A DNA stretch of 63,941 nt, counting the filler, from Hyphochytrium catenoides (Eukaryota; Protista; Hyphochytriomycota): the NCBI GenBank assembly GCA_900088475.1. It is 8 parts of 8 records of this genome, joined end to end, with 100 filler letters (N's around TTAATTAATTAA, not from the genome) between each part and the next. Parts side by side here need not be neighbours in the genome. Positions count along the whole stretch, not along the records: positions 1 to 20,438 come from FLMG01002830.1; positions 20,539 to 34,281 come from FLMG01001184.1; 6 more parts are not named here. The stretch is one strand, 5' to 3'. The notes beneath the pieces are model-generated. The model was not told where the DNA came from and searched no databases. It saw only the letters and a list, made by a program, of their open reading frames with translations. The position numbers and the translations under genes are program-made. Below, piece after piece: positions 12,890-25,400 of the stretch. Numbering within the stretch: the first letter of the stretch is position 1; every line of letters begins with the position of its first letter.

Positions 12890-14278
12890 CAGACCATAAG
12901 TGCGTAAACTAGCGAAGAAAGCTATTATAAAGAGGGAGAGAGAAAGAGACAGACAAAAAGGAGAGAAGAGAAAAGAAAACTGGAAAGGGAAGAATGCGCG
13001 GGCGTGTCAGGCAGAAGGAGAGGTCAACAGGAAGGAGACGGTGATATATGAGAATGAGAAGGTAATAGCTGAGCTACAGAGGAGAGAGGGCGAGAAGGGA
13101 AGGGAAGGTAAAGCCAAGAGAGAAAGTACAGGAACAGTGACAGAGAGACAGGTACTGTGCGTGTGTGAGAAGGAAATAGATGGAGAGAGACAGAGAGAAA
13201 GAGAGCGCAAGCGAGAGTGTCTATATAACCTCTTCTTTCTCCTTATAGAAAAGAAAGTCACTGCAGGAACAGAGACAGAGCGGCAGGACTATTATGCGTA
13301 TGTGGGTGTGTGATGAGAGAGAGAGACACAGAGAGAGAGAGAGAGAGAGAGAGTAAGAAAGAGGGACTCTGTTACCTCTTCTCTCCCTAGTCCCGGCTGC
13401 TGGTTAAGCTGTACAACGACTGTGAGCTTCAGACTCTGTCCGTCCTCCAGCCCGTAACGCGCCTTAAAGTCCTCGATGACCCTCCTGGCCGCTCCCAGAA
13501 CCAAAGGACGGNNNNNNNNNNNNNNNNNNNNNNNNNNNNNNNNNNNNNNAGAGAGAGAGAGAGAGAAAGAGAAAGCGGGGAAGACAGAGAGAGAGAGAGA
13601 CAAGCGTGACAGACAAGGAAGAGAGAGGGAGAGAGGGAGAGAACAACGGGAGAGAGAAAGAACAGGCAGATTCAGCCGTATTGATCTGGCCTTTCGTTTC
13701 CCGAGTATCTCTTTCTCTTTCCCTCTCACTATTTCTCTTTCTCTTCTAATCCTCTCTTCTTGGCGTCTGGGATACCTACCGAGTCTCCGTACGTGAGCTG
13801 AGAAAAGGACGAATTTGTCGGTGCCAAGAGTCCTCGCTCCAGTGTAAACGCCTGTCGATGTTTCCGCAGAAGCTCAGTACTAGCTGGGGCATGCCCGAGA
13901 TAAGAATGGGGACGGAGAGAGAGAGAGAGAGAGAAAGAGAAGGAAAGAGAGAGAGAAAGAGAGGAGCAATCGCGTGGCATAAAAAGGAGAGAACAGAGAT
14001 CACTAGGCCGAAAAGAGAGAGCATGAAGAGAGACAGAGCGAACGAGGAAGAAGACGAAGGGCCATAGGATTAGGGGGAGAGAAACAAGAAAGCCGGGTCT
14101 TCAAGTGAAGAGAAAGACAACAAGAAGATAGAGAGAAAGAGAGAAAAGAGAGAGAAAGAGAACAAGAGAGAGAGGGGAGGGACGAAAATGAAGAGAGAGA
14201 GAGAGAGAGAGAGAGAGAAGAAGAAGAAGAAGAGAGAGAGAAAAGAGAGGAATAGAGAGAGAGGTGAGGGAAGAAAAT

Positions 14279-14322
<44 letters not shown>

Positions 14323-14616
14323 AAAGAGTAAGAGAAGAGATGGAAGAAAAGAGGGTCTAGTCGAAACAGTACCGAGAGAGTGGTCCAACAGGAACTCCTT
14401 GGCATTCAGAGAGCTTCCTTCAACCACTCCGTTATGAAGAACAGAAAACCTTAGCGGAGAGGAAGACGAAGAAGAGGAAGAGACAGAAGAAGAAGACATT
14501 GCCCTTCTCTCTCTCCGGCAGTGAACGGGAGTGAAGGAGGAGAAGCGAGAGAGGGAGAGAGACTTGCGGGCGGCGGAGAGAAGGGGAAGCGTCACTGTCT
14601 TGGTAGAGCGCAACAT
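11076..14616 (-). CDS. Class IV PLP-dependent aminotransferase-like protein (BCAT/DAAT/ADC-lyase fold), multi-exon
   Basis: Spliced motifs GVYTGART..FSAHVRRL, PRHNALVKDLNWV (candidate PLP lysine), GELFEGTQSNFYVV, GILEGTVR and GVFLSSTSR. One exon is partly lost in the N gap at 13512-13549. The start is either 14616 (transit-peptide-like) or 14499. Confidence 0.9.
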
Positions 14617-15039
14617 GCAGAGAGAGGACGAGACGACTCTGGAGCAGCGCTGGCAACCTCTGGGCCTCTACTGACAAGATGTCTGGCCGATGATGGGGAT
14701 CTCCCTCCCTTGGCAGCAAATAAACCTTGCGGCTTTGTCTCTCTCTCAAACATTCTCTCTCTCTGCCTCCCTCTGTCTGTCTGTCTGTCTGTCTCTTCCT
14801 CTCTCTCTCTCTTCCCTTCTCTCCCCGCATCAGAATCTTGGGCAACAGAGGAGAAAAATCTTCTTTGCAGAGCTTCAGAACGGATATGTCCAATAACCAG
14901 GTTAACCAACGATGGGATTGGATTAACGTTGTTGGGCACCTGTTAGTTCCTACCCAAAGGGGAGAAATGTAATATGGGTATTATGGGTGAGAGTTGGATG
15001 GGTTTATCAACAGAGAGAGAGAGAGAAAGAGAGAGAGTA

Positions 15040-15072
<33 letters not shown>

Positions 15073-15228
15073 ATGAAAGTGAGAGAGAAAGAGAGGGAGA
15101 GAGAAAGTGGGAGAGAGAAGAGAGAGAGTGACAGAGAGTGGCAGAGAGAGATAAGGAAACACAGAGAGACACAGAGAGAGAGACAGAGAGAAAGAAATGA
15201 GAGAGAGGGAGGAGAGGAGAGAGACAGA

Positions 15229-15272
<44 letters not shown>

Positions 15273-15323
15273 GAGAGAAGGAGAGAAGGAGAGAAAGAGT
15301 GTAAGAGAGAAAGAGAGAAAGAG

Positions 15324-15365
<42 letters not shown>

Positions 15366-15681
15366 ATGGCATGGAAACCCCATCTTGCTGGTCGTTGGCC
15401 TGTCGGAGACTGAAGAGGCAATGTCACTGCTTCTTTTCCTCTCATAGACACGAGGGAAGGGAGGCGCGCCACAGAAGCCGTCGTGACAAGAAAGACACGA
15501 AGAAAAAAAGAAGTGAGAAAGAGAGAGAGAGACTTGTTCTGAGCTTACTTGTCTTTAATGGGACCTTAGAGAGAAGGCCGTGACAGCAGGACAAAAAGTC
15601 CTTTGAAGAGAGAGAGAGAGAGAAATGCCAAAGTTTCTCTCCTTTCTCTTCTACAGCGGCTGTCGCGGTCGGTAGGAGAGG

Positions 15682-16049
15682 ATGGAGGAGAACGGGGGCG
15701 AGAGAGAGGAGGGAGAAGAGAGAGAGAATCCTTATGAGAGATGGGAGTACCCTCTCCCCTTTCAGCCGAAGAAGGTGAGGAAGAGAAATGTCTCGTCTCT
15801 TCTCTTCCTGTCGTCCTACTCTCTCGTCTCTTAAATTCTCTTACTTTCTCTCTCTTATTCTCTTCCTCTCTCTTTTTCTTTCTCTCCTTCTTTCGTTCCT
15901 TTCTTTTATCCTCTCTTTCTCTCCCTCTCTTTCTCTCTCCCTCTTTCTCTCCTCCGTTATTTTCTCGCTTTCGCGTACCGTGAGTCCTCTCTCTCTCTCT
16001 TGCTTCGTGTTATATTCGGTGACTATCTTCATTTCTCTCTCTCTCTCTG

Positions 16050-16102
<53 letters not shown>

Positions 16103-16702
16103 GTCTTACTCTCCCCGTCCTTCCTTGCAGGCTCGGGAAGAGAGAGCCATAGAAGATGTAGAAGGGAGGCGACGTACGATTCGGGGACAGGAGAGAGAAG
16201 GAGAAGAGTCTTCCAGGAGCGTCCGCACCGCCGGTAAGACAAAACACCCGCGTCTTCTCTTTCTCTCTCTTCTTCGTTTTTCTCACTGTCTCTTTCTCTT
16301 TTTCTCCCTCCCTCTATCTTTCTCTCTTCCATGCTTCTCTCTGTCTTCTCGTCTCCTCTCTCGTTCTCTTGGTGTCGGTCTCTCTCTTGCTCTTGATCCG
16401 CTTCGTACTTTTTGTTCGGTCGTTGTCTCTCTTTTTTTCTTTCCTCGCCGCTGTAGGTTTTACCCTCCTTTTTCTCCTCGTTTGTTGGTCTTCTCCATGC
16501 TAACTAGCTAACTGTCTGTCTCTGTCTCTCTCTCTTTCCCTCTCTCTCTCTCTCTTTCCCCCTCTCTCTCTTTTCTTTCTCCCTTTCTCGTGACTTTCCT
16601 TCTATTTCTCTCTTTTTGGCCTTCTTCCCTCTCTCTCGTTCTTGCCTTGACTACATTTCTTTCTTCTCCTCTTTTTCTTCGATTCCTTCCGTCCCCTCTC
16701 TT

Positions 16703-16734
<32 letters not shown>

Positions 16735-17316
16735 ACTCTCTCTCTCTCTCTCTCTCTCTCTGTGTCACCCTAGAGTCAGATTGTCCCTTCAACACTGAGT
16801 TCCAGTCTCTTCTGGACTCTCTCTCTGACAGTAAAATATTGAGAGAGGAAGAAGTGTTTGTCCGTCTCTCCTCTCTCGCGCGGGATTTTAGATACACAGC
16901 GCTACAGTATGGCAGGATCATCGTGTCAGAGAAGCATCTTCCCTACGAAGAAAAGACTATTAAGCCTTGCACGAGGTGAGTCTCTTTCCTTGATAGAAAG
17001 GCAGAGGGTATGGGGAAGGAGAGAAAAGAGAGAGAGAAGGAGAGAGAGAGGAGTCAAACAGGGTCATCTTTCCTGGAACATTTTCTCCTCTATTCGTGTC
17101 CGAGAGAAACGATTAATTTACCCTTGCCCTGCTATGGTCTCTCTCTCCTTTTCCTCTTCCTTCACTTTTCCTTTCCCTCCCTCTCTTTCTCTCTCTCTCT
17201 CTCTTTCTTTCTCCCTCGGTCTCTCGGTCTCTCTCTCTCTCTCTTTCCCATCGCTCTCGTTGGGGCTCTCAACATTAACCAAACTGACCCATCCCCTCAC
17301 ATCCCCTGTTTTGACC

Positions 17317-17368
<52 letters not shown>

Positions 17369-18121
17369 NNNNNNNNNNNNNNNNNNNNNNNTCTATGGGT
17401 CAGACGAGCTGGCGGCGAAGGAGGCAGGACACCAACTGAAAGGAGCAATCGGTGCGTCTCTCTCTCTCTTTCTCATTTCTCTCTCTCTCGTCCTTCTCTC
17501 TCTCTCATACAGTTTTACCCTCTCTCTCTCTTTCTCTTCTTTCGTCTCTTAGCAAGAGCTACTGAGTAAAAACCTTTCTCTTTCCGTGCGTGGCAGGAAA
17601 GCCTTCTTGTTCTGGTCAAATCCCCTCCCTTTGGTATTCCTCCTCCTCCTCCTCTCTCTTTCTCTCTCTCTCTCTCTCNNNNNNNNNNNNNNNNNNNNNN
17701 NNNNNNNNNNNNNNNNNNNNNNNNNNNNNNNNNNNNNNNNNNNNNNNNNNNNNNNNNNNNNNNNNNNNNNNNNNNNNNNNNNNNNNNNNNNNNNNNNNNT
17801 CTCTCTCGCTCTCTCTCTCGCTCTCTCTCTCGCTCCCCTCTCGCTCCTTCTCGCTTCTTTGCGTCTTCTCTCCTTCTTCTCTTCTTATTTTCTGCCTTTC
17901 CCTTCCCTGGACTTCCTCTCCTTCTGTCAGTGTCGCCTATCCCCTCTCTCTCCTTCTCTCCTCTCTTGTTTCGCTCTCGCTCTTTCTCTTTCTCTCTTGC
18001 TCTCCTCGGTCGTTGTGGCCTTGTGGCTTCCAGTAGTGCAAACTTATCATTTCCTGTATGTTCTGCCTATTTCTTTGTAAACGACTGTGGTCTGAGACTC
18101 TCTTTCTCTTTCTCTCTCTCC

Positions 18122-18169
<48 letters not shown>

Positions 18170-19761
18170 TATCTGCCCTTCTCCCCTGTACTTCACTGCT
18201 CCACTTATTTCCCGCTATACCGTCGCCTCTCCCACCCCGACCCTTCCTCTTGTCTTTCTTCCTCTCTTCTATCTTTTCTTCTCTTCTCTCTCTCTCTCTC
18301 TTCCACTCCTTTCTCTCTCAATCTCTCTCTCTTCTCTCTCAATTTTTCTCTCTCTCTCTCTTTTCTCTCTTTTTTTCTCTCTCTTGCTCTCTTTGTTTTC
18401 ACTCTCTCTCTCTCTCCCTCTCTTTCCCTCTCTTTCTTTCTTCTCTCTCTTCTCTCTCTCTCTCTCTTCTCTCTCATTTTTTTTTCTCTCTCTCTCTCTT
18501 CTCTCTCTCTCTTTCCCTCTCTTTCTTTCTTCTCTCTATTCTGTCTCTCTCTCTTGTCCACGGGCTTGCAGTCAAGGCCTCTCCTCTCATCTCTCCGACG
18601 ATGTCTGAGGCGGCCAAGCTTCTGAACCTGAAAGAGCACAGTGTTGGACCTTCTCCCACCCGCCTCGCTGCTCTCTGCATGCCTTGCGATATTGAGGTTC
18701 ATCAAGGGGTGGATGGGCGCTTCTACGCCTTGGACTTTGCCAGAGTCTTCCCTGCGGAGCCGCCTGCAGGTAGAGAGATAGGGAAGAGAGATAACGACTT
18801 ACATTGCTCTCTCTTCCTCTCTTTCTTTTCTTTCTCTCTCTCTTTCTCTCTCTCTCTTTCTTTCTTTCTCTCTCTTTTTTTCTCCCTCTCTCTCTCTCTT
18901 TTTCTTTTTCTTCCTTTCTCCTTCTTTCTCTCTCTCCCTCTCTTTTCTCTCTCTTCTCTGTGTGTGTGTGTGTGTTTCTTTCTCTCTTCAGGCTCTCTCT
19001 CTCTCTCTTCTTGTCCTCTACCTCTCCTCCCTCAGTAGCCGAACTTCTAGTTCTCCCCACTTCTAGTTCTCTTCCATTTTTTCTTTGGATGGCTCTCTCT
19101 TCTCCCCCGCTTCGGCTAACTTTCTTCAATTGCTCTTTCTCTCTATTGTCTCACTCTACCTCTGTCTCTTTTCATTTGCTTTTAGGGAATGTCAAAGCTT
19201 CTCATCTCGTTCGTCTTCTACGACCCGAGCTAGTGCGAGAGAACAAGAAACCTCTCTCTTCGGATGTCTTCTCCAAGTTTTCAATGTATTGGGGCTTCCA
19301 CCTACTGCATTCTATACGCTCATTCTCTCTCCAACTTAGCTCTCTGTCCTCTATTTCACAAGCGCCTCTCTCTCTCATACACACACACACACACACACTC
19401 TCTCTCTATCCCCGTCTCTCTCTCTGTCTCTCTTCCTGCGCCTCCTGCTTCCCACCTTTCTCCTCTATGTGTGTTCTGCACACATTTTTTCCTTCCCTAA
19501 TCTCTCTTTCTCTCTCTCTTTTTCCTTTTTCTCTCTTTCTCTCTCTCACACACACGCACCCTTCCCTTTCCTTTAAACCAAGCTATGACCCTCAGCGCCA
19601 AGAACACGAGGAAGAGGTAACGAAGGCCCATGACCGCCTGCTGACCGAAGTGATCCCGAGATTTGCAAAGAAGTTGGCCCGTCAGCCTTGCAGTCCTGAC
19701 GCTTTGAGAGACAGAATGCATGAGGTCAGAATGGTCCCGTTTTCTAGGCTTAACAACTCTG

Positions 19762-19792
<31 letters not shown>

Positions 19793-20251
19793 ACTCTCGT
19801 CTTCTGTCTCTCTCTCACTCTCGTCTTCTGTCTCTTGTTACTATGTGCCCTCATCTTCTCCCATACTTAGTCTCTTCCCTCTCTCTACCTAGTTTTTTTT
19901 TTGCTCTTCCCTCTCTACCCAGTCCCTTCTCTCTCTCTCTCTCTTGCTCTCTCTAACTCTTTCGCTCAATCCCTTTGCTTTGCTTTGCTTCTTTCTTCTT
20001 CCGCTATTCTTTGTCCCACTCAATCTCGCCTTCCCTTTCGCTCTCATCCATCTCGTTTTTCTTACTCTCAACTTGACTTGTCTATTGCTCGCGCGCTCTC
20101 TCTCAATCTCTCTCTCTCTCTCTTTCTTTCTTTTTCAGAGTGGCATAAATATGCGTCAATTGGGCCGTGTGAGAGACATCCTGCCCGCCACTGCCGCGCA
20201 GCAGAGAGAGACAATTCTCATAGAAGCTGCCGCGCGGTGCATCAGAAGCAG
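15682..20251 (+). CDS. Clu-domain-containing protein (3' end cut by contig end; some exons lost in N gaps)
   Basis: Exons encode DFRYTALQYGRIIVSE..EKTIKP, YGSDELAAKEAGHQLKG, LNLKEH..DIEVHQGVDGRFYALDFARVFP, RLLRPELV..PLSSDVFSKF and H..GINMRQLGRVR, which are characteristic Clu-domain motifs. Splice phases of exons 1-3 are consistent. Confidence 0.85.
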
Positions 20252-20382
20252 GTGAGAAAGAAAGAGAGAACGGAGGAAAGAGAAATTTCCAAAGCGAAAA
20301 AAATCAGAAGAGAAGGGGAAGGAGCGTCTGTGGACCGTGTCAACGGCAAACAGAACAGATCGCTCACAGAAGAAAGAAAGAA

Positions 20383-20422
<40 letters not shown>

Positions 20423-20438
20423 AGCGAGGAGAACTTTC

Positions 20439-20538
20439 NNNNNNNNNNNNNNNNNNNNNNNNNNNNNNNNNNNNNNNNNNNNTTAATTAATTAANNNNNN
20501 NNNNNNNNNNNNNNNNNNNNNNNNNNNNNNNNNNNNNN
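20439..20538. other. Artificial contig-joining spacer
   Basis: 44 N + TTAATTAATTAA + 44 N. Confidence 0.97.
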
Positions 20539-21143
20539 CTCTAAAGCGAACCCTCTAAACATCGTATGAGAGAGAACCTATAAGGGCTGCAGATGCTTCG
20601 GGCTATATTGGAGGCTCACATAACCTGTAGACAGATAATCTAATGCTCCTTCCAATCTCTGCTGCTGCTGAAGATCAGAGCAGCTTTTTGATTTCCCGAT
20701 AAAAATCTTCAGAATCAGTTTTCTAATGAAAGGCTTGTTATTGTTAGCGTTGAAGGAGCTTTGTCCCAGGGTTAGCGTAGATTTTAGTATCGCCCACAGA
20801 AGAAGAGGGGCACCCCACACCTGCCATTGGGGGGGAAGCGCCCTAGATTCGGATTACCCTCCCAGATTCTCCGGAATACAGCCTCCTCAATCCCCATGAG
20901 ATCCCAAATATGGAAAATGAGAGAGGAGCAAATCACGAAACTCCAGCACTATGGAAAAGGCTGATAAAGAATAAACGGGCAGAATTCAGTTGCTGTTTCG
21001 TGGTAAAAAGCCCTAGATTCATGATCTTCGTTGTTAGATAGCCGTTAGCGGGTTTGTGGGCTGGTGGGCGTTACAGCGGAAGGTCAACAACCGTGCCCTG
21101 ATGGCACCGTCCCTCTCCCCACTACTCGCTTAGCTCTGTCTCT

Positions 21144-21202
<59 letters not shown>

Positions 21203-22436
21203 CCTCTCTCTCTTACTCTCTCTCCATCTCTCTCTCTCTCTTTCTCTCTCTCTCTTTCCCTCTCTCTCTTTCTCTTTCTCTTCTCTCTCTCTATATCTAT
21301 CTGAGCTCCCAATCCCTCTCTGATCTCCTCAATTGTCCCTTGTCTGTCTCTTTGACCTCCTCTCTACCTCCCTCTTTCTCTGTCCTCCCTCCCTTCTCCT
21401 TCCAAACACCTCTCAGATTTCCTGTCTCCGCCACGTCCTCCTTCTGTCTAAACTCTTCACATCCACTACTGGCTCTCTCTCTTGGGATCTGACTCGCCGC
21501 GTCTCACTCCATCCTCTCTAGCTCTTCTCTTCCAATCTCACATTTGAAGTCTATAAGACCTGTATTCCTTTCTACTCTTGTCCTCTCTCGCTCAGCATCC
21601 TGAGGATACCACCTCGGCACTAATCACCATCGGCCATAGTTCACCTGCAGGCTCTTATGTTGGTGCAGCCTGGTGCGCCCTTTTCTCCTCCTCCTCTCTC
21701 CATCCTCTATACCTCTCAGCCTTTGCTTCCCCAGTGTGCTCTTCCTGACACTCTTATCTCTCCGGCTCTTCTCTCCCTGCCCTTGCGGTCGACTGCCAAC
21801 TGTAAAACCATGCTGCCGCCAGGTACCAGTCACCTCTAGATCAGCGGGGAAGCTCTAGTATCCCGGACTCAAGAGCTATTCAGCAGACTGAAGAGGCTGC
21901 TATAAAGTCAGAGGGTCCTTCTTCCTCTCTCTTGCGTATCTCCCTGCTCTTACTTCTGGAATCCAACTGACAGCAGAGTTTCCGTCCGAGTCGACAACAA
22001 ACTCGCAGTACCTCGTTATTATCCTTCGCACGCTTTCTGCGTATCTCCTTTCTCTCTCTGTTCTACATCTCCTCAAGGGCGACGCTAGCCGAATGTTTGT
22101 CACCAACCTCTAAGAAAATATATAAGCTCTTCCACCAGCGGAATGGGCGCGAGTCACTCCGCTGCGGCGGGCCATACCTCGCCTAGGTAAGTGACATACA
22201 ATAACAAAGACCATTGAACAAGAGTGTGAATGAGAGACGAAGTGAGGCCCTGCAGATGCCCTGCGAGATACTCACGGCTTGTCTTTCAAGCTCTCTTTAG
22301 CCTTTCTTGCCATTAGTTCTGGAGGTCAAGTTCTTCTCTTGACTCCTGGATCTCCATCCGTCTTCACCTTTCTTCTTGCTTCAATCTTCTCGGCTGCCCA
22401 CTTACTTAGCGCCAGTTAGGTCGACTTTGGGGTCGT

Positions 22437-25400
22437 ATGAAGGTTTTCGGCCTGTGTGTTCTCATAATCCTTACTGATCTCTTCTTCATTCGTTATTGCT
22501 GCCTCTATAGAGCCATCAAGCGGAAGGTCTGTTACTTCGATGGCACAGAAGCCACTCTGGAGGCAGTTAATCTATGGGAAGTAACCCGCGACATATGGGA
22601 GAACAGAAAGCATCCGGACATTGTAGAGACAATCTGCAATGGACTCAGCCAGATGGTGGCTGCTAAGGCCATATTCGACCAAGTGGAGTTCTATCTGCCT
22701 CAATTGGCCCACATGATCCTCTACCTAGAAAATGACTGGCCAACGTCAGCAATGGAACAGTTCGTGCTGCTTGTCAGTCAGAGTAGCGTACACTTTGCCC
22801 TACAGTTCTTCTGGATCCTTTATGCTGCGCTGGACGAAAACAGGCCGAAAGCAGGCGGAAACTTCCGTATCTACATGCGCTGTGCCCAGCTCCTCTTGAA
22901 TGTGGAGCAATGCCTTGTCTATGGCTCTCCAAATGCCAGGAGGGTCCAGGAACTTCTAGAGAGGGGAGATATCTCGAAGGGAGAAGTGGAGAAGCTCCTG
23001 ATGGCCGATAGGCGGTACTTTGCTACACACACAAGTGATAGTTGCACCACCTCTCAGGGCAACAAGCCACAGGTCCAAGGTTGGCTCTATAAGAAAGGGG
23101 GAGGAACTTCCAAACTGGGCCGACGCAGCTGGAACCAGCGCTGGTGCAGACTCGAGAGAAGGACAATCTTGGTCTATACGAGCCCACAAGACTTTTATGC
23201 CTATGCTTCTATTACCTTGGGCACTGCTAAGGTATAACTGATAGGATTATCCCTTGACATTCTTCCAAGCAAGGCTCTTCCTGTCACTTCCGCCACCATG
23301 AGTTCCACTCATTCTGGCTGGGAGCAATCATTTGTCCATGTCACGCATTACCATGCCTCGTACTTCCATCTTCGTCTGTGCTGCATACTCTATTCCACAG
23401 CCGTAGTCTTTTTAAAACCTCTTGTGATGAGCTTAAGGTTGCTATCAGTCTTGATGCCACTATCTCACCTTTCCAGTTGTTTATGTTGCCTCTGTCAATG
23501 CCAGCCTTCTTCTGAACTACCAGCTAAGGGTCATGCACTTTCTACGCGGTGTTCTTTCAGGTTCTTGTGAAGGACAACAACAAGCACAGCCACTACTTTG
23601 AGGTCCACGACACGTATAGCAGCGCCATCTTCAAGTTCTCCGCTTTGTCAGGTGAAGACATGACACGATGGGTGGAGGCCATCACAGCTGCGGCCGAAGG
23701 GCCTGCTCCTCCTCCTTCCTCCCCTAACAGGCGACCAGCGGCGCCTGCGGAGAAAGATGAAGTTGCCTCGGCATCCTCGCTTCCCCCACCATCATCTTTT
23801 CCTACTAATGCATCGGATCTATCTCAGCAGCGTGCGGTGGACGACCTAGCGATTAAGGTCTCGCCTCCTAAGCATGACGGCATGAAGAGAACCTTTAGCT
23901 GTGAGACTTTCTCTGCTGCCAAGCCAGACATTCTTGCTCTAGCTGTTGGCTCAATTACTGTCTCTAGCAAGTTGCATGAGACTGACAGGAATGACGATCA
24001 GACCGACAAGAAGTCAGAGGAGACTGACCTGAAGAATCGTGACGACACATGTGCAAAGAAGGGAATAGATGGTGATAAGCATGCAGAAGTTAACATGAAG
24101 GAAGATGACTTTGTGAAGGAAGAAGGGCAGAATGGAGACTGCAACAATTGTGACTCTCCAATTGAAGATGATGGGCATCCAGGTCCAATCTCTCTGGCTG
24201 AACCACCAACCAAAGTGAATGCGATCGCTCCTCCTTCTCCTCCCCACCTTCAGCAGTCCTTTAACTCTGCTTCCCTCTCTTCTCTAACTTTGGCGCATAC
24301 TGCTCCGACACTCACGAGACTGCAGTCGAAGAGGCAGCCAAGTGGCTCCTCACTGCTAGGTACTTCGCTCCTCCTCCCGCTGTCTTTATGTCTTTGGGTC
24401 ACAATACGTACTTGCCTTCAATCATTATAGCTCCTTAGCTCCTCTGCCGGGAATATGTGAGATCTCCTTGGCAAACTTCACTCCCAAACTCTATGTAGTC
24501 CACCTTCCGGGACCCGTTGAGTCCGCGGCCAGTGTCTACTCATCGTCAGTGTCGAGTCTGTGTCTTTGGGTTTCGCCATCTAGGGATCCAACTTCTGCTT
24601 TCGATTCCATCGTGTCTCACTCCACCGTCATCTTGTTCGTAGGACCCAATAACTTCTCTCCAGAGGAGAGTGCTCGATACCAGTTCTTCACGGAGCAGAG
24701 AAACTTCATTAAGGCACTGACCGACGTCAGTGAGGAGTTGCGGCTCAAGGAACCCTCTCAGAGGCAGAAACAGCTCAGTCCACTGCTAAAGAACATAAGG
24801 TGTGAAGCCTGAGGTGCCTAGTACTTTTAGTTCCCCGCTCTCTTAGCATGCGGTCTCCGCATCCCCTCTCTGAAGTTAATCTCCCATTTGCAAGTCGCAC
24901 TCTTCACGACTTATCCATTTATCTGACGCACACCCTTGTCATCATGCTGCCAAACAGGATACCTGCCAGCGCGTACATCCCGCTTTGTCGTTCTACTGAC
25001 CGCTACTTCAGTGTACTGCGTATCTGCACGCAAGAGGGTTGCGTCTTCAGCACGAATGAGCGCTCTCCCTGCCTCATTTTCTTTGAGGTCCTTGAAGATC
25101 CAGGGAAAAATGACGTCTCGGGTGCCCTTAATGCCAAGCTCTTTGGACGAGAGGCTGTGACAATGAGTCCGGATGGAGAGAAGGGTGAAAGAATAGTTGA
25201 GAAGGCTGGGGACCAGGCTCACGCCCCAGGGTTGGCAAACAAGGCGCCCAGCACCTCAACCCTAGGGTCTATGGATTCCAGCCTGAGTCATCTGTGTCCA
25301 GTTGAAACAGAAACAGCAGCAAAAGAGGAGCAAGTAGGTGGCAATGCTGTAGAGTACCATGAAGTCAGCATGGAAAAAAGTTCCTCGTCTTCTCTCACTT

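Noticed and set aside
14620-15480. Separate gene or extra 5' exons upstream of the aminotransferase (acceptor-like CTAACAG at ~14940)
   Set aside because: No frame gives a recognisable protein. The region may be UTR.
7400-20400. Dozens of long ORFs rich in SLSLSL or ERERER (also at 50.2-56.7 kb and 62.4-62.8 kb)
   Set aside because: They are translations of stop-free (CT)n/(GA)n intronic microsatellites. Only the embedded exons are coding.
21069-22196. Possible LTR ((C)GTTAC...GTGACA) preceded by a G-rich tract
   Set aside because: The 5' TG is imperfect, and there is no TSD, no second copy and no retroelement coding sequence nearby.
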